DNA from: Candidatus Poriferihabitaceae bacterium
GTDB taxonomy: Bacteria > Pseudomonadota > Gammaproteobacteria > Arenicellales > Poriferihabitantaceae
Length of the DNA stretch: 64,000 nucleotides
Direction of reading: 5' to 3'
Assembly (NCBI GenBank): GCA_965204925.1
Contig: OZ242021.1
Span: 268,000 to 331,999 of the forward strand
In this document: positions 16,552 to 23,956 of the stretch, piece after piece
Layout: each line of letters begins with the position of its first letter
Numbering within the stretch: the stretch's first letter is position 1
Translations under genes and position numbers: made by a program
The notes under the pieces: generated by a model
What the model saw: the letters and a program-made list of their open reading frames with translations, nothing else
What the model was told of the DNA's origin: nothing
Databases searched by the model: none

Positions 16552-16636
16552 TGGTGGAGGGGGGAGGATTCGAACCTCCGAAGGCTGAGCCAACAGATTT
16601 ACAGTCTGCCCCCTTTGACCGCTCGGGAACCCCTCC
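16552..16636 (-). tRNA. tRNA-Tyr (anticodon GTA), long variable arm
   Basis: The reverse complement reads GGAGGGGTTCCCGAGCGGTCAAAGGGGGCAGACTGTAAATCTGTTGGCTCAGCCTTCGGAGGTTCGAATCCTCCCCCTCCACCA. Confidence 0.9.
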
Positions 16637-16741
16637 TGTAAAAATTCTGCACAAACGGTCAATTATCATGGTTTTTTTGATTCGTGTCAACTGAATTTTT
16701 CAGCCAGCCCCTATGGATTCACACCATTCGACGACCCGGAA

Positions 16742-17120
16742 TGGAGCCCGCAGAGGGATTCGAACCCACGACCTGCTGATTCTTACCCGCTACCGTTTTC
16801 AGGGCCGCCAGTTGTGCGCCTTGTCGATATGAGCGACACAACCCGCGTTTGGGGTCTGGACTTTCTCTTCACCTTATTTCCGGGCAACCGGAATACTTAG
16901 GCGGGTGGTGTAAAGTCTCTACACTCCAGTCCCGAAACCCTCTGTTCCGGGATGTAGCACGGGATTGCCATTTGAGCCCTTGCGACAGAATCGGCCATCG
17001 GCCAATCAGTCCGGGACCCAAACCGGGGTTTCCCCGTTTTAGCCACCTCCACTTCACAGGTTTCCCTGTGAAGGTGCAATTTTACAAATCAGCTGCTCTG
17101 GCCAACTGAGCTATGCGGGC
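16742..17120 (-). tRNA. tRNA-Thr (anticodon TGT), split by a 302-nt intron after anticodon position 36
   Basis: The 5' exon (17120-17084) is GCCCGCATAGCTCAGTTGGCCAGAGCAGCTGATTTGT. The 3' exon (16781-16742) is AATCAGCAGGTCGTGGGTTCGAATCCCTCTGCGGGCTCCA. Joined, they give a 77-nt cloverleaf with acceptor GCCCGCA/TGCGGGC, anticodon stem GCTGA/TCAGC and loop TT-TGT-AA, with one U-U mismatch in the T stem. Confidence 0.85.
16782..17083 (-). ncRNA. Group I intron (IC3-like, Azoarcus/Agrobacterium tRNA-intron type), no internal ORF
   Basis: The 5' exon ends in U and the intron ends in G (GGGTAAG|AATCAGC). An internal guide GCA pairs with the anticodon UGU to give a U-G wobble at the splice site. P2 is the hairpin CCTTCACAGG-GAAA-CCTGTGAAG. 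The core segment GGAGTGTAGAGACTTTACACCACCCGCCTAAG closely matches the Azoarcus intron segment GGTGTAGAGACTAGACGGCACCCACCTAAG as I recall it. GGTGG/CCACC can form P3. Confidence 0.8.
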
Positions 17121-17181
17121 ATTTGCCTTTTCCCATACCGGAGCACAATTATGATGCTGTACGACTCGAAAATGGAGCGCG

Positions 17182-17211
17182 ATTCTACGCAAAACCGGGC
17201 AATGAATGCAA
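17182..17211 (-). promoter_or_regulatory. Putative promoter of the tRNA (Thr-Tyr-Gly-Thr-Trp)-secE-nusG transcription unit
   Basis: The minus strand reads TTGCAT-N18-TAGAAT followed by a GC-rich discriminator (CGCGCTCC), as is typical of stable-RNA promoters. It lies about 60 nt upstream of the tRNA-Thr 5' end. Confidence 0.4.
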
Positions 17212-17294
17212 CGACAAAATTGCAGATATTGCAAAAAACCGGACAACCCCCGTAAAAACCGGGGAGGCAGGCGGAAACTGCACACAGGCAACGC

Positions 17295-18029
17295 TCAAGT
17301 CCGGCAATTCACTTTGGTCAGCGCCACCCCGGGTTCATGCCAGTCATGTCCGGACAACTGCTCCTTCTGCATATCGGTCGAGGAGATTTCTATCCAGTTC
17401 AGTGGTCCGAGGCGGCGGTATTCCGGCTGAAACCTGGCTTCATAGCGGTTATTTTTCAGGTAATCAAGATATTTTTGCGCCAGCTCTTCCTGGCTGAACA
17501 CCCCCATCGAGATTCGGGTCAGGCCGTTATCCGTCCGGTACCGAAAATGCTCCAGCCCCCGCGATTCCAGTTCTTTCAGTATCGCATCAACGGACGATTC
17601 CGACGCGAACGGACCCAGGTAGACACGGAAAGCAAGCAACTGCCGACTGCCGCTGGTGACAGCCCTGAACTTGAATCCGCTGCCATCCATCCATCGTTTC
17701 GCGGCCTGCCAACTGTCTTCCTGCCTGAATGGACCCAGCCGATAACAGCCCGCGGCGACAGGCTGCCCGATACGGTCGTTAATCGGATTCGCAACGGCTG
17801 TCGCAGCCTCATCCGGCATCTGCGCAGACGCCGCTCCGCTTGCATCCGGTTGTCGGCTGAATACAGTGGCGGCCGACTGTGAAGCATCAACCTCGGCGAG
17901 TAGCAACATCCCCGTTTTATTCACATCGGACCGGGAATCAGACCTCACCGTATCAAGCGGAGTCTGCCGACTGCCCAACAGGTAAGCCGCCAGATTGATA
18001 ACGATCAGCGCGACCGCCAGCCACTTCAT
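17295..18029 (-). CDS. SPOR domain-containing membrane protein
   Basis: The 244-aa protein has an N-terminal TM helix (MKWLAVALIVINLAAYLL), a low-complexity linker and a C-terminal SPOR-like repeat region. It overlaps the coaX stop by 4 nt, as is typical of birA-coaX-SPOR clusters. Confidence 0.7.
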   Translation of the reverse strand: MKWLAVALIVINLAAYLLGSRQTPLDTVRSDSRSDVNKTGMLLLAEVDASQSAATVFSRQPDASGAASAQMPDEAATAVANPINDRIGQPVAAGCYRLGPFRQEDSWQAAKRWMDGSGFKFRAVTSGSRQLLAFRVYLGPFASESSVDAILKELESRGLEHFRYRTDNGLTRISMGVFSQEELAQKYLDYLKNNRYEARFQPEYRRLGPLNWIEISSTDMQKEQLSGHDWHEPGVALTKVNCRT

Positions 18030-18814
18030 TTCCGACCTTCCTCGACCAGGGCCAGCAACCCGATGAGTACCAGATCGGGGGCAACAAGGGTTTCATGGGG
18101 GGTTGCGGCAGCCAGCTGTTGCGCGTCCCCTCCTGTCAGAATGAGTTTCAAATCCGGCCCTGCCAGGTTTTTGTAATGTCTGATAGCGCCGTCCATGGCT
18201 GAAACGACAGCCAGCATCACTCCATTTTCCACCGCCTCCCGAGTCGTCCGGTTCTGCCAGGACAGACGCTCATTCATAGCGCTTGCGGTCGTTGACCGGA
18301 TCCGTCCGGTGCAGGAATTGAGGGAATATATCATGGACGCTATCCCCGGTAAAATAATCCCGCCGTCGAACACGCCCCGTGCGTCGACATAGTCAATGGT
18401 CACAGCCGTTCCGGCATCAATGACCACGACCGGCCGCTTGTTGTACAGCTCTTTTGCGCCGATCATGGCCAGCCAGCGATCGACTCCCAACTCTTGCGGT
18501 TTGTCATAACGATTGAGCAAGCATCTCCCCCGCCTGCCGGACTCCACAAAAGACGGCGAATGCCCCCAGAACGAATGGCAGGCGGCGCCCAGAATCCGAT
18601 TCACCCGCGCTTCGGCCACACTGCAAATCCAGATACCTTCAGGGGAAGCCATACCGCCGAATGCACTCTTCAGGGCTTTGCCCAAATCTGCCGCTCCACT
18701 TTCGATCGGTTCGTTTTTCAGCTCCTGTCGGGTAAACAGGCGCGGACGTGAACACAACTGCGAGGATGTTGCCCACTTGATTCTTTGATTACCGGCGTCA
18801 ATGAGCAATTTCAT
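18026..18814 (-). CDS. coaX: Type III pantothenate kinase
   Basis: The 262-aa ORF begins MKLLIDAGNQRIKW and contains IDAGTAVTIDYV, the ASKHA-fold motifs of CoaX. Confidence 0.88.
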   Translation of the reverse strand: MKLLIDAGNQRIKWATSSQLCSRPRLFTRQELKNEPIESGAADLGKALKSAFGGMASPEGIWICSVAEARVNRILGAACHSFWGHSPSFVESGRRGRCLLNRYDKPQELGVDRWLAMIGAKELYNKRPVVVIDAGTAVTIDYVDARGVFDGGIILPGIASMIYSLNSCTGRIRSTTASAMNERLSWQNRTTREAVENGVMLAVVSAMDGAIRHYKNLAGPDLKLILTGGDAQQLAAATPHETLVAPDLVLIGLLALVEEGRK

Positions 18815-18823
18815 GAGCGCCGG

Positions 18824-19597
18824 TCACTTGCATTTTTTCCGACCACCGGTGCGCAACGAAACCTCCCCGGAAATGACACGATCGAACACCCCATCACCGG
18901 CAATCAACAATGCCCCGTTCTCATCTACACCGGACGCGATCCCGCAGATCACCTGCGACCCTGAAACGACCTTAACCGGTTGACCGCGCCAGGCGTCTGC
19001 CAGATTCCATTGCTCCCTGAATCCGGCAAACCCCCTTTCGTCAAACCCGGTCAATATCCGGTCATGGTTTTTTATCAGTTCCACCACCAGCCGATCACGG
19101 TCGATGCGAGCCCCCGCGGATACCAGATCGGTCCACGGCTGGTCAATTCCTGCCGCCGCTACATCGGACAACCTGTAGTTCACGCCAATACCTATGACAC
19201 AATTCGGGGCAGAAATTTCAACGAGAATACCGCCCACCTTCTTACCGCCGAGCAGAATATCGTTCGGCCATTTCAAGGCAACCTGCGGGACACCCAATCC
19301 GCGCAAACTCTCCATCACGGCAATACCCGAAACGAGAGACATGCCGCGAATATCGCATCTGCCCGCACGCCAACCCAATGAAAGCAGGATGGACCCGCAA
19401 CGGGAACCTTGCCATGATCTTCCCCGACACCCCCGCCCCGCGCTCTGCTCCTCGGCCAGACAGATACAACCATCCACAACGTCCCGCTCCAGTAACCAGC
19501 TGCTGGTTGACGCGACCTCATCAAAATAATGGATTTTCCCGCCCGAAAAACGGCCAATACCGGAAAGAGCATCGCGTATGCCGTCTATATCATACAT
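18824..19597 (-). CDS. birA: Biotin--[acetyl-CoA-carboxylase] ligase (no N-terminal HTH)
   Basis: The 257-aa ORF contains the motif AEEQSAGRGCRGRSW (GRGRxGR type) and KWPNDIL. It is too short to include a repressor domain. Confidence 0.88.
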   Translation of the reverse strand: MYDIDGIRDALSGIGRFSGGKIHYFDEVASTSSWLLERDVVDGCICLAEEQSAGRGCRGRSWQGSRCGSILLSLGWRAGRCDIRGMSLVSGIAVMESLRGLGVPQVALKWPNDILLGGKKVGGILVEISAPNCVIGIGVNYRLSDVAAAGIDQPWTDLVSAGARIDRDRLVVELIKNHDRILTGFDERGFAGFREQWNLADAWRGQPVKVVSGSQVICGIASGVDENGALLIAGDGVFDRVISGEVSLRTGGRKKCK

Positions 19598-19660
19598 TGC
19601 AATTCTTTTGACCGGACTCGAACAAACGGATAGGATGTATTATTTTAACCGGGGTGTAGC

Positions 19661-20788
19661 ATGATACAACGAAACCCGACCCGCGAAGTACGAATCGGGC
19701 GCATAAAAATCGGAAATGGTAATCCGATCGCGGTACAAAGCATGTGCGCGACCCCAACCACGGACCTTGCAGCCACGGCCCGGCAACTGCACTCACTTGA
19801 AGCGGCCGGCGCCGATGTCATTCGAATCGCGGTTGACAACAAAAAGGACGCCCTCGCGTTGATCGAACTGCGGCAAGGCTGCGACGCGGTACTGAGTGTC
19901 GACCTGCAGGAAAACTATCGTCTGGCAGAAATCCTTGCCCCCCACGTCGACAAGATACGCTACAACCCGGGGCACCTGTATCACCATGAGAGAGGAAAGC
20001 CCTGGCAGGACAAGGTGCAATACCTGGTCGATATTGCGGACAAAAACGACTGCGCCATGCGGGTCGGCGTCAATGCCGGTTCGGTGGACCCGGACAAACG
20101 GGCAAAGTATACCAACGGGGATTCCGTATCACCGATGGTGGACAGCGCTCTGGACCACGCCGAGTGGCTGGATCGTATCGGATTTTCCCGCTATTGCGTA
20201 TCATTGAAGGATTCCGATCCGCAAAAAACCATTGCGGCTTACCGCAAGTTCGCGCAGATACGGCCGGAAATCCCGTTGCACCTGGGCGTGACCGAAGCCG
20301 GAATGCCGCCGCAGGGAATCGAAAAAACCCGCATCGCATTTGAACAGCTGATCGGCAAGGGTATCGGCGACACCATTCGCGTTTCCCTGACTCTGGCGCA
20401 TAAAGACAAACACGAGGAAATTGTCGCAGGACGCCAGATACTGAACGATATCGCCAACGGACGGGTCAGAACCGTTGTCTATTTCGACAAGGACAAGCTC
20501 AATCTGATCAGCTGCCCCGGTTGTTCCAGGGTTGAAAATGAAAAATTTATCGACCTCGCGCGTCAGGTAAAGACCAGAACCCGCCATGCACAGGATCATG
20601 CGATCACGATAGCAGTCATGGGCTGCCGGGTCAACGGCCCCGGGGAAACCGACGATGCCGACCTGGGACTATGGTGCGGCCCTCGTTACGTTAACCTGAA
20701 AAAACGCGGAGAAAAGGTCGGCGCCTTCAAATACAACGAAATACTGGACCGCCTCGACATCGAACTGAAGTCCCTGATCAACGGATAG
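19661..20788 (+). CDS. ispG: 4-hydroxy-3-methylbut-2-en-1-yl diphosphate synthase
   Basis: The 375-aa ORF contains [21 protein letters not shown] and the Fe-S cysteines ([16 protein letters not shown]). Confidence 0.93.
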   Translation: MIQRNPTREVRIGRIKIGNGNPIAVQSMCATPTTDLAATARQLHSLEAAGADVIRIAVDNKKDALALIELRQGCDAVLSVDLQENYRLAEILAPHVDKIRYNPGHLYHHERGKPWQDKVQYLVDIADKNDCAMRVGVNAGSVDPDKRAKYTNGDSVSPMVDSALDHAEWLDRIGFSRYCVSLKDSDPQKTIAAYRKFAQIRPEIPLHLGVTEAGMPPQGIEKTRIAFEQLIGKGIGDTIRVSLTLAHKDKHEEIVAGRQILNDIANGRVRTVVYFDKDKLNLISCPGCSRVENEKFIDLARQVKTRTRHAQDHAITIAVMGCRVNGPGETDDADLGLWCGPRYVNLKKRGEKVGAFKYNEILDRLDIELKSLING

Positions 20789-20985
20789 CAACGCCCGCTT
20801 CCATTTGTACCGGCAACCCTCCGTGGTCACCCGAATTTCCCCGTATGCAATCGGCGCCGGCGCCGATGGACGGTGCGAGGCAACGGCATCCGCTTATTCC
20901 TGTTGTTCGATGTCCCAATCATCCCGCACGATACAGGAAATGTTGTAGACTACTCCCCGGTTTTTCAGTACTCCCGTATCCTGCC

Positions 20986-21780
20986 ATGAGATGTCTGCTG
21001 GTTTCCGATTTGCATTATGCGCTGAAGCATTTCGACTGGGTTTTGGGTATATCCGGCCAGTTTGATGTCGTGGTCATGGCCGGCGATCAAATCGACGCCC
21101 GCTCACATGTGTACATGCGCATCCAGATTCCCGTAATTCTCAAGTATCTGCAACGGCTGCAAGCCAATACCCGGCTTCTGGTCAGCTCCGGCAATCACGA
21201 CCTTGATGTTCGCGGAGAGCATGGAGAGCGCATTGCCCGATGGCTGGAACCGGTCCGTGAATCGGGAATTGCCACCGATGGAGATAGCGCAACGATCGAT
21301 GGCGCCCTGTTTACCATATGCCCCTGGTGGGACGGGCCGAAAACGAAAGAAGCCGTCTCGCGGCAGCTGGCCGCGGATGCCGGCAAACCGAAACAAAGCT
21401 GGATCTGGGTTTACCACGGCCCGCCGGACAACTCCCCGACCAGCTGGACCGGCAAACGGCATTACGGCGATTCTGATCTGGTAACATGGATCGAACAGCA
21501 CCAGCCGGATATCGTCCTGACCGGGCATATCCACGAAGCGCCCTTTGTCGATAATGGTTCCTGGGTTGACCGCATCGGCTCCACCTGGATATTCAATTCC
21601 GGCCGGGCAAGAGGCGACTTCCCGCCTCATGTCGTGCTGGATGTCCGGCAAAAAACGGCACACTGGCATTCGCTTGCCGCCGCCGAATGGGTGGCGCTGG
21701 ACCAGCCTTTGCAACGCCCCCCGCACGGTACCGCCATAACTCCCTCCTCATTACAGGGAACCGGTCAGCCCGCCCGCTGA
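20986..21780 (+). CDS. Metallophosphoesterase family protein
   Basis: The ORF spans 20845-21780. The internal ATG at 20986 gives MRCLLVSDLHYAL (DxH motif), followed by GDQID, GNHD and TGHIHE, the calcineurin-like phosphoesterase motifs. Confidence 0.8.
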   Translation: MRCLLVSDLHYALKHFDWVLGISGQFDVVVMAGDQIDARSHVYMRIQIPVILKYLQRLQANTRLLVSSGNHDLDVRGEHGERIARWLEPVRESGIATDGDSATIDGALFTICPWWDGPKTKEAVSRQLAADAGKPKQSWIWVYHGPPDNSPTSWTGKRHYGDSDLVTWIEQHQPDIVLTGHIHEAPFVDNGSWVDRIGSTWIFNSGRARGDFPPHVVLDVRQKTAHWHSLAAAEWVALDQPLQRPPHGTAITPSSLQGTGQPAR

Positions 21781-21826
21781 TCCGCCGGGCGGACGCGGAC
21801 GGACAACCCTCCGCATACGGAGTTTG

Positions 21827-22369
21827 TCAGGCCGGGTCGCGGTCGGAACCGGGTTGCGGGTCTTCACCCTGCTGGTTTACAATCGTCTCGAGTATCTCAT
21901 CCATCATCGAAAGGTGGCTGGACTGATCACTGAACTGTTCCTTGATATCGACCAGATAATTGGTCACGCCGTTGACACGGCGCGCCAGCAACACCGCCAG
22001 AGGATAGCAAATATCGGTATTGTGCTTGAGAAAGTCGGGTTGATTCGCGACCCGGTAAAAGCGGGACGGAACGAGGGTCGTCACCGTTGCCGTATGCGGC
22101 AAATCCAGCAACGCGGACATCTCACCGAGTATCGACCCGGGTTCAGTCAAGCGGATGATTTCCAGTTCGCGTTTGCATACCCGCACCTCGCCCTCTATCA
22201 GAATATAGATAAGGCCGCTGCGTTCACCCTCTGCCAGTATGGTTTCATTCGCTTCGATATCGACCACAGGCAGAGACCGGCAACCACGCAGTATGTCTTG
22301 CATCAAATCACTCATTTCGCGGCTCCTTATGACATCAGGATATTCAAATGGAAGAACCCGATCATACAA
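21827..22369 (-). CDS. Cyclic nucleotide-binding domain protein
   Basis: The 180-aa ORF contains ILAEGERSGLIYILIEGEVRV and GSILGEMSALLDLPHTATV, typical of a cNMP-binding beta-barrel. It overlaps the end of the upstream MttB-family gene by 8 nt. Confidence 0.75.
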   Translation of the reverse strand: MYDRVLPFEYPDVIRSREMSDLMQDILRGCRSLPVVDIEANETILAEGERSGLIYILIEGEVRVCKRELEIIRLTEPGSILGEMSALLDLPHTATVTTLVPSRFYRVANQPDFLKHNTDICYPLAVLLARRVNGVTNYLVDIKEQFSDQSSHLSMMDEILETIVNQQGEDPQPGSDRDPA

Positions 22370-23954
22370 TCAAATCCGTCTGGACGCCGGTCATTTTGTA
22401 TTTTATTGATGCCGGCCGGTCAAGCAGGATATTGAAGCGGCTGCGTATGCGCTTATCCGTCGCCCGGTCAATATATCCGGGATCATGGCCGGCAAGAATG
22501 CGACCGGCCTTGTCATGCGCCTGCTGCCACATATCCCTCGCTCCGCTTTCCTGCCAGGTGCGGGGATCGTCCCGGTTCGCAAGCTGCGGGTAAAAGTGCT
22601 CTTTTTGCATGGCGTCAAGCGTGTGGCTGCCGCCCAGAAAATGTCCCTCGCCGGCAACCGCTTCGCGGATCGCCTCGAACCCCAGCGTTTCTTCATTGAC
22701 CTCCACTCCGCGAATAATCCGGCAGACATGGGAAAGCATTTCGTCATCGACCACAAACGCGGCATGGGAAGCCCCCAGCAAGCTGGCCATCATACCGGAA
22801 GACTCATACACCATATTGGCGCCGGCAAGTCCGGTGGCCAGCGAGGAGATGGCCTTTTCGATTCCCATTTGCGCATCCACCGCCTTGGCGTCCGCCATAC
22901 AGGCAGCCACCCCGGATGGCAGCCCCAGCCAGTTCGACATCTGCGCGGACGCGGCATTGAGTAATGTAATTTCTCCGCCGCCGCCGGCAAATGAACCGGT
23001 GCGCAAATCAATGACAAAAGGCCAGTTGGAGAAAATCATCGGATAACCGGGCTTGAAAATGTTGACCATGACCAACGCGGCCAGCGTCTCCGCCAGCGTG
23101 GACGCCAGCATACCGGCAAGGGTCGCAGGGGAGGTCGCTCCCGATTGCGCGGCAATGATGTTGTTCAACAGCATTCCCTGCTCCATTGCAGCCAGGGCCA
23201 CCTCGAAGGCATCGGCGCCATAACGCAATGGCGAAACAACGGGGCTGATATGGACCTTGCAAAAGGGCCGTTTCCGGAATTTGCCGGGGCCTCCGAGAGC
23301 CTGATCGAACATATCCACAACCGGACCGACATGGGCGGCCGCGAAGAAGCTGGTACCCAACGGTTTCACAGTTCCGCGCAGGAGCGCATAGGCCGTATTG
23401 ATATCCAGATCGAAGGTGTCCGGCACATCGGTTGCCACACAGCAACGGGTAAACCATGCCACATTTTTCAGGCAATCGGCCAGACGCGCGAAGTCGTACA
23501 GGTCACGCAGGGTCGAGGGTCGGTACAGTCCTGATTCCATATCCAGGGTCTGTACCGCCGCGCCGCCGGTGCCAAAGTAGACCCGGTTTCCCCCGACCTC
23601 GAAGTCATGCTTCGGGTCCCTGCCGTAAAAGACGAAAGATTTGGCGGCGCCGTCAATAATATCCGTGACCATCGCCTCCGGGAAACACAGGCGCCCCGAA
23701 CCATTGACAAAAGCGCCGCATCGCAATGCCTGATCGGTCAGGGCGTCCGGAGACTGCCCCATGCCGATTTCCTCAAGGATCTTCAGAGCCGTGCCCAGAA
23801 TGGCCTGCATATCCGTTTCCGACAACGGACGATACTGCCCGCCGGGCTGACCGGGCGGGCAAGGGTCGAACTGCGGCGGCTCGCTGCGCAGCGCACGCAT
23901 CGCTTCGCGGCTGCGCATCCCTCCCCTTTTGGCTCTTGAGCGTCTTTCGGCCAC
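22362..23954 (-). CDS. Trimethylamine methyltransferase (MttB) family protein, non-pyrrolysine type
   Basis: The 530-aa ORF has the arginine-rich N-terminus (RRSRAKRGGMRSREAMRALR) and the length typical of bacterial MttB/MtgB homologues. It has no in-frame amber codon. The call comes from overall sequence pattern, not a search. Confidence 0.7.
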   Translation of the reverse strand: MAERRSRAKRGGMRSREAMRALRSEPPQFDPCPPGQPGGQYRPLSETDMQAILGTALKILEEIGMGQSPDALTDQALRCGAFVNGSGRLCFPEAMVTDIIDGAAKSFVFYGRDPKHDFEVGGNRVYFGTGGAAVQTLDMESGLYRPSTLRDLYDFARLADCLKNVAWFTRCCVATDVPDTFDLDINTAYALLRGTVKPLGTSFFAAAHVGPVVDMFDQALGGPGKFRKRPFCKVHISPVVSPLRYGADAFEVALAAMEQGMLLNNIIAAQSGATSPATLAGMLASTLAETLAALVMVNIFKPGYPMIFSNWPFVIDLRTGSFAGGGGEITLLNAASAQMSNWLGLPSGVAACMADAKAVDAQMGIEKAISSLATGLAGANMVYESSGMMASLLGASHAAFVVDDEMLSHVCRIIRGVEVNEETLGFEAIREAVAGEGHFLGGSHTLDAMQKEHFYPQLANRDDPRTWQESGARDMWQQAHDKAGRILAGHDPGYIDRATDKRIRSRFNILLDRPASIKYKMTGVQTDLIV

Positions 23955-23956
23955 AA

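Noticed and set aside
16849-17109. Small ORFs (60-86 aa, both strands) inside the tRNA-Thr intron, considered as a possible homing endonuclease.
   Set aside because: They overlap the conserved catalytic-core helices of the intron and are far shorter than LAGLIDADG or GIY-YIG enzymes. They show no such motifs and read like translated structured RNA.
17225-17262. A hairpin CCCCG-GTTTTTA-CGGGG followed, about 10 nt later, by TTTTTT on the minus strand after the SPOR gene, considered as a possible intrinsic terminator.
   Set aside because: The stem is only 5 bp and the U-tract is not adjacent to it. It is plausible but too weak to annotate.
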